Origin: a virus
IMG/VR virus record: IMGVR_UViG_3300009156_000027
Length of the DNA: 64,000 bases
Strand: one strand, 5' to 3'
A program made the translations under genes and the position numbers. Shown here piece after piece: positions 44,610 through 54,186 of the stretch. Each line of letters opens with the position of its first letter. Position 1 is the first letter of the stretch. The notes below the pieces were generated by a model, which did not search any database, was not told the origin of the DNA, and saw only the letters and a list, made by a program, of their open reading frames with translations.

Positions 44610-44669
44610 CTTCATCTCCATAAGTCTAAAGGTGGACCGCCGACCGCCGTACCGACGGTCCCCCGGTTG

Positions 44670-45467
44670 CTACTTCTTCGCTTTCTTCGCGGTGGTCTTC
44701 TTGATGACCTTCTTCTTCGGCTTCTCTTCTGCCGGTTCTTCTTCCTCGTCGTCGACCTCTTCGTCGTCGCCACCAGATTCTTCACCATCTTCGTCTTCCG
44801 ACTCGTCGTCGGACTCGCTCTCCTCCTCCTCGTCGTCTTCCTCTTCTTCCTTCTCGCCGCCGGAGAAGCTCGCCATAAACGTTTTGAGCTCCTCGTTGTT
44901 CTTGATCTCACGTTGCTTGACCACGACACCGGCTCGCAGCATGTTGCGGAGGATCCCCTTGACGAGTTTCTTGACCGTCTTCTTGCCTTCGGCCTTGACA
45001 CCCGCCTTTTCCATCGCGAGGACTAACTCGTTCTCACCCATCGTATGCTCGTCGGCGCCTTGCATCGCCTTCAAGACCTTCGACAAGAGCGAACCCTTCG
45101 GCGCGAAGCACCGATTGGCCACCAGGACGAGTTTGCGCCCCACCTTGACACCCTTCGTCTTCTTCGTCTTCTTGAGATCCTTCTTCTTCGCCACCTTCTT
45201 GCTCGCCATCTTTTTCTTTGCCACGACTGCCTCCACCTGTTGTTGATACTTTCGTTGACGTTTCACCCGTCTCGCTTTCTTTCGTTCGCGACGCTCCTGC
45301 TTGGTCTCACGCTCCTTCGTTAAAAACGTGCACATCGCGCAATGGACATTTGCCCACATCCGACCAGGACGGTGGTCCCGTCGTGTGATGTGCCCACACC
45401 TAAGAACTAACGTCACCCTCGCCGTCCCCGGCTTGGGTCCGTAGACTTTAGTTACCGGACGTAGCAT
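44670..45467 (-). CDS. Lys-rich nucleoid-associated-like protein with acidic tail (possible internal GTG start)
   Basis: Zn-finger-like N-terminus (CGH...CAMC), histone-H1-like Lys-rich segment, helical core, ~45 aa D/E tail. Confidence 0.6.
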   Translation of the reverse strand: MLRPVTKVYGPKPGTARVTLVLRCGHITRRDHRPGRMWANVHCAMCTFLTKERETKQERRERKKARRVKRQRKYQQQVEAVVAKKKMASKKVAKKKDLKKTKKTKGVKVGRKLVLVANRCFAPKGSLLSKVLKAMQGADEHTMGENELVLAMEKAGVKAEGKKTVKKLVKGILRNMLRAGVVVKQREIKNNEELKTFMASFSGGEKEEEEDDEEEESESDDESEDEDGEESGGDDEEVDDEEEEPAEEKPKKKVIKKTTAKKAKK

Positions 45468-45470
45468 CCG

Positions 45471-46772
45471 TCACGCTCGACACTCCGACGGCTTCTTGTC
45501 GTCTCGCTTTCGAATGAAAACCGGAAAACGAAATCCACTATCCGACTTCTGATCGTATTCAATCTGGATCACGCATGGATACTTCCACGACAACGCGGCC
45601 TTGCGCGTCTTATCATCGAGACCAGTACCGCATCGCCCCATTTCCTTGAACCCAGTCAGTCCCTGGGCACAGAGAGCGATGTTGAACTTACCGACTACGT
45701 TGTGGTTCTTGCCTTTCCCAAGTTCGTATCCAGTTGCGATCACATCCTCCTCTTGAACGGGTTTGACCTTCCAACAGTTGACTCGCGCCGGTGTTCCGTT
45801 CACATGGACCACTGTCGCCTGGTCTTTGCGCCACACCACCAGACCTTCCCATTTGAACTTCTTGACCCGATCGATCGCTTCCGACAGGGTCGCCAATCTG
45901 GTGGGTGAGATCGCCACCAATGGCATTCGTACGAGCGGCGGGTAACCCTCCGCGACTTCGCGTTCGAGGTCTTCCATCGCGAAGTCAACCGCCTTCGCCA
46001 ACATGGCGTAGCGTTCAGAGTATGGTTTTTTGTAAACCGGTTCTCCTTTCCACCACAACAAGTCGAAGGCGTGTAGTTGAACTTGCATCCCCTGTTTCTC
46101 CGCTTGCTCGATCATCAGATGCGCTCGTTGCGGTAGCGACCGAGCGATTCCGGAGACGAGGTTGAATTCGTCCTTGTCGTTCATACCAGGATTTCGGTTC
46201 GTCACCACGAGCTCGACATCCATAATCGACTTCGGTGGCATGGACAGATCTTTCACCAATGGCATCAGATGATCGGTCACGTCGTCCTTGCCGCTACTGT
46301 AGATGTGCCGCTCGCCTTCGAAATCGGAGACGAGGAAGTGCCGCATCCCATCCCGCTTGCGTTGGATAAAGACCAGGTTGTCCCTGGCCCAGTTCGCCAT
46401 GTCCGTGGGATCGTACGTCTTGATGGGCTTGGCTGCCGCGAACTCCTTCGGCAACCGTCTCCATTCCATCTTCTTCTCATCGACCGTTACAGTGGCGGTG
46501 ACGTTCAACAGTTCGTCTCGGTATCCTTTCTTCATCTTCTTCTCGATCCGCTTCGTGTACAAGGCGAGCGCCCGCTCTCGTGCGGTCATCCGCTCGTTGG
46601 CCTTGAGACGTTCGACAGTGTGTTGCATCTCACCGTCTTGCTGGCCCCATGTGGTGTGGACCTCATCTCCTTTCAGTTCGCAGGACCACACCTTCACACC
46701 ACCCTTGGACTTTCGATGAAACAACGTAATCCGAGTCCCCATCTTCATCTCCTTTTTGATACGGACTTTCAC
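45471..46772 (-). CDS. ATP-dependent DNA ligase with WGR-like N-terminal domain
   Basis: QRKRDG (KxDG), DVEL, AFDLL, EGLVV, WKVK motifs; C-terminal OB fold (RFPVF..KRDDK). Confidence 0.92.
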   Translation of the reverse strand: MKVRIKKEMKMGTRITLFHRKSKGGVKVWSCELKGDEVHTTWGQQDGEMQHTVERLKANERMTARERALALYTKRIEKKMKKGYRDELLNVTATVTVDEKKMEWRRLPKEFAAAKPIKTYDPTDMANWARDNLVFIQRKRDGMRHFLVSDFEGERHIYSSGKDDVTDHLMPLVKDLSMPPKSIMDVELVVTNRNPGMNDKDEFNLVSGIARSLPQRAHLMIEQAEKQGMQVQLHAFDLLWWKGEPVYKKPYSERYAMLAKAVDFAMEDLEREVAEGYPPLVRMPLVAISPTRLATLSEAIDRVKKFKWEGLVVWRKDQATVVHVNGTPARVNCWKVKPVQEEDVIATGYELGKGKNHNVVGKFNIALCAQGLTGFKEMGRCGTGLDDKTRKAALSWKYPCVIQIEYDQKSDSGFRFPVFIRKRDDKKPSECRA

Positions 46773-46848
46773 GCGCGCTTCCTTTTTCGTTGTGGCACCG
46801 CGGCCATGTAGTACTTCGGTGCGCGAACTTTCACCGCACGTGGATGTT

Positions 46849-47118
46849 TCATTTGTTGATGCTCCACAAGTTGTCGAGCACCTGCTCTCGAATCTCTGCC
46901 ACCAACTTCGGGAGTTCGTTGGCTGTGATTGCCGTCTTCACGGCATGCTGGTATTGCATGTAACGAACAAGTGCTGGTGCTGTTTTAGTGGACACCGACA
47001 CCTTTGCTCTGACCAGTGTCTCGGCCTTCGACGTGTGTCCGTTCTTCAACACACGCCACCGCTTCTTCTGTGCCCGAGAAATCTTCTTGCGTGCTTCTGC
47101 CGACATCTTCTTCTTCAT
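46849..47118 (-). CDS. Small protein with NUMOD3-like motif
   Basis: MSAEARKKISRAQKKRW. Confidence 0.55.
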   Translation of the reverse strand: MKKKMSAEARKKISRAQKKRWRVLKNGHTSKAETLVRAKVSVSTKTAPALVRYMQYQHAVKTAITANELPKLVAEIREQVLDNLWSINK

Positions 47119-47137
47119 CTCAGTCTCCTTTTTCCTT

Positions 47138-47371
47138 CTACTCCGGTTTGAGGTTTGACTCCATCGTTGAAAACCGTCCGTTCGATTCCGCTTTCTTGCT
47201 ACGCGCGAGTCCTTCGGCTCGCAACACCAATGACATTTGCGACTTCGTCAGTGGGATCTGCACCACGACTTCGTGTCGTTCCTTCCCATCCATCGCCTGC
47301 TGGGGCGTGTCCCACAATGTGAGACGACCATTGTGATCCACACGGAAATGCAGAATCCCGTTGCTGTTCAT
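47138..47371 (-). CDS. Hypothetical protein
   Basis: 77 aa, ATGA coupling. Confidence 0.5.
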   Translation of the reverse strand: MNSNGILHFRVDHNGRLTLWDTPQQAMDGKERHEVVVQIPLTKSQMSLVLRAEGLARSKKAESNGRFSTMESNLKPE

Positions 47372-47808
47372 CGGCCTGTCCTCCTCGCTTCTGTGTATCC
47401 GTTAATTCCAAAGTAACGAACCTGTTCCATCGCTACCGTCCAAATGAACACCTGCTCGATATAATACCGAGCCCATGTCCACGCCGCTTCCTCACACACC
47501 AGCTTCGCGGCTCGATACTCGAACATCTCTCTGGGATGAGCTCCCGGTTTCGGTTTCTGCTTCGTGCAAAACCCGTCCGGTGCCAGATGGTGTCCGAATT
47601 CGTGCATCACCACTGCGTAGCTCGTCTCATCGTCGATCTCTCGTGCGATCACTACCCGACCAACCGACTCCTTGGTTACACGATGGATTGCGTTCAAGGC
47701 AATCGCCTTGTGTCGCTCCCGTTCGCTATCAAGAATGACTGGGATCTGGAATCGCTTCGAGATCTCGGCCACATGCCATTTGAAGTTGGCGACAGTCATC
47801 TCCATCAT
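47368..47808 (-). CDS. HExxH zinc metallopeptidase-like protein
   Basis: VVMHEFGH and downstream CEEAAW.WA; ATGA coupling. Confidence 0.6.
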   Translation of the reverse strand: MMEMTVANFKWHVAEISKRFQIPVILDSERERHKAIALNAIHRVTKESVGRVVIAREIDDETSYAVVMHEFGHHLAPDGFCTKQKPKPGAHPREMFEYRAAKLVCEEAAWTWARYYIEQVFIWTVAMEQVRYFGINGYTEARRTGR

Positions 47809-48224
47809 CGCCGACCTCGCTTCTTCTTCAGCTTCACGGACATCTTCCGTTTCGGCTGTTCCGGCAAATCCGGAATCAACGGCGACGTGTGCGCGCTGAC
47901 CGTCTTGTTGTCGATCTGCACGACTACCTCTTCTTCGACCGCTACTTCTTTCGGTGGCCACTCACCACCGTGCGATTCGATTTCGGCCTTGCACAGGAGC
48001 CGAGCAATCACCTCGTCGCTCACACCCCAGCGCTTGGCATGCATACGTTCGTTGGCGATCCATGCCGTGATGTCCCAGACCGCCTTCGAATTCCGCGATG
48101 CCTGTCGTTCAATCTCCTCCGCCAACATCGTTTGGCATTTCGGACACCGCATCTTCAGGTACTGCGCCATCGACACATTCAATCGCGTGCCACACACGCA
48201 CACGATCATCATCTTCATCTCCAT
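47805..48224 (-). CDS. Zinc-ribbon protein
   Basis: CVCG...CPKC; tandem start motif. Confidence 0.6.
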   Translation of the reverse strand: MEMKMMIVCVCGTRLNVSMAQYLKMRCPKCQTMLAEEIERQASRNSKAVWDITAWIANERMHAKRWGVSDEVIARLLCKAEIESHGGEWPPKEVAVEEEVVVQIDNKTVSAHTSPLIPDLPEQPKRKMSVKLKKKRGRR

Positions 48225-48397
48225 CTTCATCTCCTACCTATTCGCAGCGGCCGAGTCGTCGGCCAGTGCCATGCTCAGTGATATCGCCGTGCCCATCCAC
48301 ATGCACGATCTGCATATGTGAGACGACAACGTGCGGAAGGTAGACAACCTTCCCACCATTGCGTCGTGCCGTCCGTTCAAGCGACGCCACGGTTCCG

Positions 48398-49054
48398 CTA
48401 AAGGTCGTCTTCGTCTTCGTCGTCTTCGTCTTCATCGTCGTCCTCTTCGTCATCGTCGTCTTCGTCATCGGTTTCTTCGAGCACCGCACCGTTCAACAAC
48501 CCGACCACCGCACTGGTGATCTCCTTGACATCGGACAGATCGCCTTCGAATCGCTGTCCACCCGTTGCCTTCGCCAACTGATCCAGAAAATGTGAACCCG
48601 GTTCTCCTGGATTGCCAACGAAAATAACATCGATACGACCACCGAAGGATGCCGCGGCTCCCATCGCATCGTCCGTCGGCGCTCCATCTGAGATGACCAC
48701 CACGCGACCAAACCCACTCTGACCAGCGAGGGTGATTGCCGCACCCATCGGGGTACCACCACAAGCCTCTGGCACTTCAGTTACGAACCCGACTTCCGAT
48801 GGCGCAGGCGCACCGGGTTCGATCACGGTAGCGAGACCGAACGCGATCATCGGTGTAACTCGCTTGGCTTGCAGCCCAGTCACGACCTCGCGCAATCCTT
48901 GAAGACGCGTCTTACCATTCTTCAAGTAAGTCGTCATACTGAACGACACGTCGATCAACAACGCCGAATGCTCGCTGGTTCTGGCACGCACCAGATCTTT
49001 GAGCGATTTGATTGCCGAGGTCTTCTCCGCCAGTTTCATCAACTTGTTGTCCAT
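48398..49054 (-). CDS. von Willebrand factor A domain protein with acidic tail
   Basis: LLIDVSFSM (MIDAS DxSxS), GGTPM, VVISDG motifs. Confidence 0.85.
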   Translation of the reverse strand: MDNKLMKLAEKTSAIKSLKDLVRARTSEHSALLIDVSFSMTTYLKNGKTRLQGLREVVTGLQAKRVTPMIAFGLATVIEPGAPAPSEVGFVTEVPEACGGTPMGAAITLAGQSGFGRVVVISDGAPTDDAMGAAASFGGRIDVIFVGNPGEPGSHFLDQLAKATGGQRFEGDLSDVKEITSAVVGLLNGAVLEETDDEDDDDEEDDDEDEDDEDEDDL

Positions 49055-49064
49055 CTTCATCTCC

Positions 49065-49562
49065 TCAGAAAAACGTTTTAACGATTTCAAGGATAGACAG
49101 GCGAGCGGCCTGCTTCTCCTCCTGTTCACTACCCGGACGCAGGAACATGTTCTTGACTTTTCCGTATCTATCGAATGCTTTCTCCATCTCTGGTGTGATG
49201 GTAGACTTCTTCGCCACCACGACCATCGCGTTTTCCAACGCCAGCATGGCCACCAACTTCGCTTCGCCGATGGACCAATTCGACGACAAGGCTTTCACCA
49301 CATCCTCCGGCTTGTCTCCAATCACGGACGGCCCGGTAGCCGTTGGCAGCTGGCCCACATTCGCCGGTACGCATCCGTGGCGATGGTAGGTCTTTCGGCG
49401 GATGTTGACCACCGTGACCTCGTCGCCCTTCTCATATCGGATACGACATGCGGCGCACCGCCCACCTTTCTTAGCGATGCGTTCTTTGACACGAACTGTC
49501 GGACGGATCTTCTTCGTCCGTGTCGTACTCCGCATCCCACCGTATCGACTTCGTCTCCTCAT
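49065..49562 (-). CDS. Zn-finger (CxxC...HxxC) protein
   Basis: GRCAAC...I..G...YH..C pattern. Confidence 0.55.
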   Translation of the reverse strand: MRRRSRYGGMRSTTRTKKIRPTVRVKERIAKKGGRCAACRIRYEKGDEVTVVNIRRKTYHRHGCVPANVGQLPTATGPSVIGDKPEDVVKALSSNWSIGEAKLVAMLALENAMVVVAKKSTITPEMEKAFDRYGKVKNMFLRPGSEQEEKQAARLSILEIVKTFF

Positions 49563-49578
49563 CTTCATCTCCTCCTGT

Positions 49579-49929
49579 TTACCACCAACTGGTTCCGCCG
49601 TCCCCACATCGCGGACACGACCACGACACCCAAGGATTCTCGGCGCTCCCTTCCTGCACATCCACATTGGTGTGTCCGAAGAATCTACAGAGCACCGCAC
49701 CCAAATGCCACGAGAGACGGAGCCAGAGCACACCCATGATGTTCTCGAAATGCAATTGGTGTTTCAACCAAGATGGCATTTCATATGCGTGGGCTTCAAC
49801 GGATTCACCCTTCGCAATCGCTTGGTTGTACTCCTCTTCGCACATGGGACCGAAATGCCAATAGTAATAGTCGGACGCATCCCAGTCGAATACGTGCTGT
49901 TTGAAATCATCGAACATCTTCATCTTCAT
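49579..49929 (-). CDS. Hypothetical protein with C-terminal LCRFFGH...CPRCG motif
   Basis: Zn-binding-like C/H pattern common in phage early genes. Confidence 0.55.
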   Translation of the reverse strand: MKMKMFDDFKQHVFDWDASDYYYWHFGPMCEEEYNQAIAKGESVEAHAYEMPSWLKHQLHFENIMGVLWLRLSWHLGAVLCRFFGHTNVDVQEGSAENPWVSWSCPRCGDGGTSWW

Positions 49930-49939
49930 TCTCTCCTTG

Positions 49940-50155
49940 TTATCGAAGATCGATCCATGCCGACACCGTTTGCTTGTGAAATGTCAACATCTCGCGGTCC
50001 GAATGAATCGTCGAACCATCCCGTGCCTCGAAGTGGACTTCCGCCATCTCCACCACGGCTGTGCAACGATATGCCGACGATAGTCGCTTCTCCAAACCTT
50101 CTACGGACACCCGACCGTCTGACGCCGCGATCTCAACGAGAAAGTATCTCTTCAT
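49940..50155 (-). CDS. Hypothetical protein
   Basis: GGAGATGGAGATG start motif. Confidence 0.55.
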   Translation of the reverse strand: MKRYFLVEIAASDGRVSVEGLEKRLSSAYRCTAVVEMAEVHFEARDGSTIHSDREMLTFHKQTVSAWIDLR

Positions 50156-50164
50156 CTCCATCTC

Positions 50165-50440
50165 CTACTTGAATACGACCGGTTTCATCTCGCGACGGAA
50201 TCGTTCCATGTGCCGACATTCGCTTCGGAACTTGAATCCGTTGCATTCACACCATACCGCGTTGTTGGTACCCAGCACGATCTTGTACGGAGGCTTTCCT
50301 TCCTTCGACGAAGGCACAAGTCCGATCACAGTCGTATGCTTGTCCTTCAATCGTTCAAGCGCCGCTTTGATTCGAGCCTCGGTGGCTTCCGGAATGCGCT
50401 GATCCGGTGTCACCGTCTTCACCTTCTTCTTCAGGATCAT
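50165..50440 (-). CDS. SWIM zinc-finger protein
   Basis: WCECNGFKFRSECRHM (CxC...CxH). Confidence 0.75.
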   Translation of the reverse strand: MILKKKVKTVTPDQRIPEATEARIKAALERLKDKHTTVIGLVPSSKEGKPPYKIVLGTNNAVWCECNGFKFRSECRHMERFRREMKPVVFK

Positions 50441-51219
50441 CGCGCACCCCTATGAATCTTCCCTACCCGACCCAGTGTGGTCTTCCCCATAACCTTCTTT
50501 CTTATTGCCGCGCACGCATGGATCTCGAAGTCGGTTGCGTCGTATCCTTTGTCCTCCTCTTCGAATTCCGCCAACTGCAACGCCTGGGCCTGTTCGGCGC
50601 TGTGTGCTTCGATGATCCACGAATCGCCCCCATGCTTCGAGATGGCGCGTTTTCGTTCCTGATCCAGTCGACCGCATGTCGCCGTGTGAATACGAAACGT
50701 AGCCACACCCTCTCGCGTCTTCGGATCGTAAAAACAAACGTATGGTACGTTCATCTTCAGCAGCGGCTTCTCTGGGATGGGCTTGGACTGTCCCTTCAGA
50801 TGCCTCACCATCCGCTTCGTGGCCAAGTGGGATTGGAACCTCTCCACCGCTTGTTTCATATACCGCTTGCGGCGGCTACGCTCCTTGGATTCGGACGGAG
50901 GTTGGTTGTGCCGTGCCATATGACCAGCATACCAGACCGCCAGCTTGCGTTGCGAATCCATCAACACCGGTACCGGGATCGGTGTCATACCATTGGGCGG
51001 CACTGGGAATGCGCGCAGATCGACCAACGTCTTTGTCCTGTTGATAGACTGGACTGTGTATCCCTGTTCTGCGGCCATCCGCACGACCATGATCCGACGC
51101 TTGCGATCCTTGGTTCGAAACTTACGGACCACATACGCCTTCATAGCCTTCGGAACCGCCACGGTCTTCGGTGGGGCCTTCTTCGGCTTTCGCTTCCGCA
51201 TCTTCATCTTCTTCTTCAC
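50437..51219 (-). CDS. Basic hypothetical protein
   Basis: 260 aa, GTG start with SD GAGGG. Confidence 0.55.
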   Translation of the reverse strand: MKKKMKMRKRKPKKAPPKTVAVPKAMKAYVVRKFRTKDRKRRIMVVRMAAEQGYTVQSINRTKTLVDLRAFPVPPNGMTPIPVPVLMDSQRKLAVWYAGHMARHNQPPSESKERSRRKRYMKQAVERFQSHLATKRMVRHLKGQSKPIPEKPLLKMNVPYVCFYDPKTREGVATFRIHTATCGRLDQERKRAISKHGGDSWIIEAHSAEQAQALQLAEFEEEDKGYDATDFEIHACAAIRKKVMGKTTLGRVGKIHRGAR

Positions 51220-51227
51220 GGAACCCT

Positions 51228-51491
51228 CTACAGCAAGTCTTTCGTGAAGAGCACTATACCGTCTGCGACATCCACTTCGTGTTCGTAGACACGCACCCAA
51301 CCATCCGGAATGTTCTCACCGTTGGCATCGACGAAGCACCCATCGAAGATTTGCATTGTGCCGTCTTTGGTTGCCGCTTCAATGATCGAGTAGACACGCA
51401 CGAAACGTCCCGCATCCTCCGGCTTGGGAGGATTCTTCCTTCGTGTGGACGCTATGCCAACCCAGGAACTGACTTGCAGATACATCTCCAT
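51228..51491 (-). CDS. Hypothetical protein
   Basis: 87 aa, TGATG coupling. Confidence 0.5.
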   Translation of the reverse strand: MEMYLQVSSWVGIASTRRKNPPKPEDAGRFVRVYSIIEAATKDGTMQIFDGCFVDANGENIPDGWVRVYEHEVDVADGIVLFTKDLL

Positions 51492-51730
51492 CAGAGCATC
51501 TCCACTTCGTACGAACCAGGATTAAGATTGCGGCAACACCGCACCGCTTCGATGAACGAAAAGATCTTGGCGTGCGCCTTTTCGTCTACCCACTTGTTGT
51601 TCTCGCCCACCCACTGTTCTGGGTAAAGTAGTCGGACCACGAACCCGCCGGTCTTCGCTTCTGCGGGAACGAAGGACCCTACCGACACCAGCATGTCTTG
51701 CATCAACTCCGCATTCGATTTCATCGCCAT
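51491..51730 (-). CDS. Hypothetical protein
   Basis: GGAGATGAAGATG start motif. Confidence 0.55.
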   Translation of the reverse strand: MAMKSNAELMQDMLVSVGSFVPAEAKTGGFVVRLLYPEQWVGENNKWVDEKAHAKIFSFIEAVRCCRNLNPGSYEVEML

Positions 51731-51732
51731 CT

Positions 51733-52059
51733 TCATCTCCTCTTTGCTGCGTGGCGCTCCGCCATGTGGTGGCCTTTGTGGCACCGACGGTGGGCCCACG
51801 CGTGGTTGCGCCGATCGTTGTTCGAATGGTTGCCGTCTTTATGGTGCAATGTTACGTCCAAATCCATCGGCGACGATTCACCATCGCCAGGATTGTAGCA
51901 ATCAACAGGCACGATGTCGTCGTCTTCATCATCGTCGTGTTCCGGATCGTGGAACAGCAACGATTCGTGACAGAAGAAACAGACGACATCGGCGAAGGCC
52001 CAGCGCACCATCTCGCGGAGCTTCCGCAATTCCTGTCGTGTCGACTTGCGCATGCCCAT
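51733..52059 (-). CDS. HNH endonuclease-like protein
   Basis: CFFC...LHHKDGNHSNN...N.....HRRCH. Confidence 0.8.
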   Translation of the reverse strand: MGMRKSTRQELRKLREMVRWAFADVVCFFCHESLLFHDPEHDDDEDDDIVPVDCYNPGDGESSPMDLDVTLHHKDGNHSNNDRRNHAWAHRRCHKGHHMAERHAAKRR

Positions 52060-52060
52060 C

Positions 52061-52243
52061 TCACGCCACCCGCTTGATGTGCTTGCACGTCTTCGACGAC
52101 GACCCGATCTCGCCAGTAGCAAACCGGAACGCCATGCACGTGCACATCAGCGCCCCAGGAGCGACACGCTTGATTTTGTAAAACTTCGAGGGATTCGAGT
52201 CCGACGGAACCAACGCCACAACTTTCGCATTCTTGGTCTTCAT
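52061..52243 (-). CDS. SWIM zinc-finger protein
   Basis: CTCMAFRF.....CKHI. Confidence 0.75.
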   Translation of the reverse strand: MKTKNAKVVALVPSDSNPSKFYKIKRVAPGALMCTCMAFRFATGEIGSSSKTCKHIKRVA

Positions 52244-52275
52244 CTTCATCTCCATATGCAACCGAGTTTCCGAAC

Positions 52276-52488
52276 CTACGAAATCTTCAGGATACGCCCC
52301 AACCGATCAACGCCAAACCGTCCGAACTTCGCTACACACCGCGACGCCCGATACTCGCGCTCTTGCTCTGCCATCTTACCTTGGCACGACAGGCACATTG
52401 TATGCGATACCTGGTTGCCTTCCGCAATCGCCGCTGCCGTCTTCGTTCTGTTGTCTGGACACCACGCGCAAACCGTGACCAACTTCAT
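52276..52488 (-). CDS. Small Cys-rich protein
   Basis: CAWC...SHTMC..C; start motif. Confidence 0.6.
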   Translation of the reverse strand: MKLVTVCAWCPDNRTKTAAAIAEGNQVSHTMCLSCQGKMAEQEREYRASRCVAKFGRFGVDRLGRILKIS

Positions 52489-52499
52489 CTCCATCTCCA

Positions 52500-53160
52500 T
52501 TTGCTGTTCGCCCGGGAAGCCCCCGGCCGGTGTGGCCCTCGCCCCACACCATATTATCCCCCGAAATGCTGCTAATAAGAAGGTGCACCGAAAATATTTC
52601 GTAAACCCCGCGTTTCCTATGGTTTACGGGGAATGGGAAAACGCCCGGTAGACTCAGGATCATGGATTCTGAGGTCCTGCTCATGAATCCGTAGTAAATC
52701 GTGCGCAAGACATGAGAATGCCTCAGAATAACCATGAGAAAACCACATGTGCAATTACGGATTTGGTGCTGAAATTTCATGTGCAAAGGTGTGCAAACCT
52801 CACCAAACCCCACGCCAATTGGCGCTTTTTCACAGGATGCGAAACGGTGCAATTCCCCGCAAACCCCATTAAAACTCAGTATGAAGAACCCTGAGAATTC
52901 CGGTGCGAAAACACATGTTTTTCAGAAAACCTCACTTCTTCACTAAGCAATAATGAGAATTAAGGAATCAAACGTAGCGGCCCCGAACCCCCTGTTTTTC
53001 GGACTCAGGGTTTCGTGAGGAAATGAGAATTCCCTCAGGAATTGTGCCCATTCCCGCACCCGCGGGCATGAGAATTAATGAGCAATCCTGAGAATTTGGG
53101 TGATTTAGGATGATTTGGAACCAAGAACTCATTATTCCCTGAGTAAATGCGATGCCCGGA
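52500..53160. promoter_or_regulatory. AT-rich non-coding control region with TGAGAATT repeats
   Basis: ~660 bp without a credible gene; TGAGAATT at 52892, 52954, 53024, 53069, 53089, with variants at 52713 and 52735. Confidence 0.6.
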
Positions 53161-53162
53161 AA

Positions 53163-53531
53163 TCATATCGGCGCTGAGTTCGCCGCCTGCTGTTTTTTGA
53201 ACCATTCCGGCTGACCGGGGCAGATCGCACTCGGTTCTTTCCCTCGTACCACCCGACATTCCTCGCAAATCTCCTTGCCCATAACCTTCGGAAAGTACCA
53301 TTTGTGCGCTGGGGGAGTGGTGGGTTTCGGGCGGAGCTCGTTCAGGACGATATTCACGTCACCTTCCAGATCGATCTCATCCACGTGGACATCGAGTTGA
53401 AGCATCGTGCCCTTCCCCACTTCGGAGAACACTCGAAATCCGGACATCACGTGGCCCATCGACACGCCACGGATGAAGAGCTCGCCGGTCCCATCGGGTT
53501 GAATACGAATCTTCACTTTCGCGTTTGCCAC
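53163..53531 (-). CDS. Hypothetical protein
   Basis: GTG start with SD GGAG; C-terminal H..CEEC...C motif. Confidence 0.55.
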   Translation of the reverse strand: MANAKVKIRIQPDGTGELFIRGVSMGHVMSGFRVFSEVGKGTMLQLDVHVDEIDLEGDVNIVLNELRPKPTTPPAHKWYFPKVMGKEICEECRVVRGKEPSAICPGQPEWFKKQQAANSAPI

Positions 53532-53705
53532 TGCTCCTCCGTTCCGGCTTTCGGCACCACCGGATACTTTTCCCGAATCAGTAGCGCGAAATGGTGGTGA
53601 CAGACGACATTTTCTTGACCATCCACCCGCACCGCAATGCTGGCGAACTGAACACAACGAACTACTTCGCCTTCTACGGTATCGTCGGCACCACATCGCA
53701 ACATA

Positions 53706-53969
53706 TCAGGGACGTGGCGGTCGCGGAGAAATTCGATTTTGCGCATTGACACCCTCGCTAGAGAGGACCCGAATGAATCGGATCAAGACCTTGACCTGGA
53801 CACCGTCCGAATCGGCGGCATCACAACGAACGATTTCGTATTCGAGAAACCGTCCCTCGGCGCGGAACAGAATGGGTTTCCCCACCTGCAAAATGTTCTT
53901 CTCCAATACGTAAGTGGAATACGGCACCATGATCTCGTATTCGATGGGTGGTTCAGTTGGCGTGTCCAC
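53706..53969 (-). CDS. Hypothetical protein
   Basis: SD AGGAG; 87 aa. Confidence 0.5.
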   Translation of the reverse strand: MDTPTEPPIEYEIMVPYSTYVLEKNILQVGKPILFRAEGRFLEYEIVRCDAADSDGVQVKVLIRFIRVLSSEGVNAQNRISPRPPRP

Positions 53970-54186
53970 GTCTCCTCCTATAGGCCAACCACGTGTAGAT
54001 GTGTTTCTTGACCGGCTTCGGGACCTTGGAATCGCGCAGCATCCGTTTGAGCAACGCGTTGTTCGGTTTGGTTAACACCGCACACTCCGCTCCAATCAAA
54101 CTGGAATAATCACGCACGATCTTCTGGAAGTTCTCCCGCATCCAGGCCCGAGCAATCGTTGAAGGGATCTTAGCAGAAATTCCCAT
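53953..54186 (-). CDS. Hypothetical protein
   Basis: TAATG coupling; 77 aa. Confidence 0.5.
   Translation of the reverse strand: MGISAKIPSTIARAWMRENFQKIVRDYSSLIGAECAVLTKPNNALLKRMLRDSKVPKPVKKHIYTWLAYRRRRGHAN

Noticed and set aside
52700-53100. CRISPR array or mini-array
   Set aside because: Repeats are only 8 bp with irregular spacing; no 23-50 bp repeats with unique spacers. The Cas4-like gene is a standard phage nuclease in a Sak4/SSB context.
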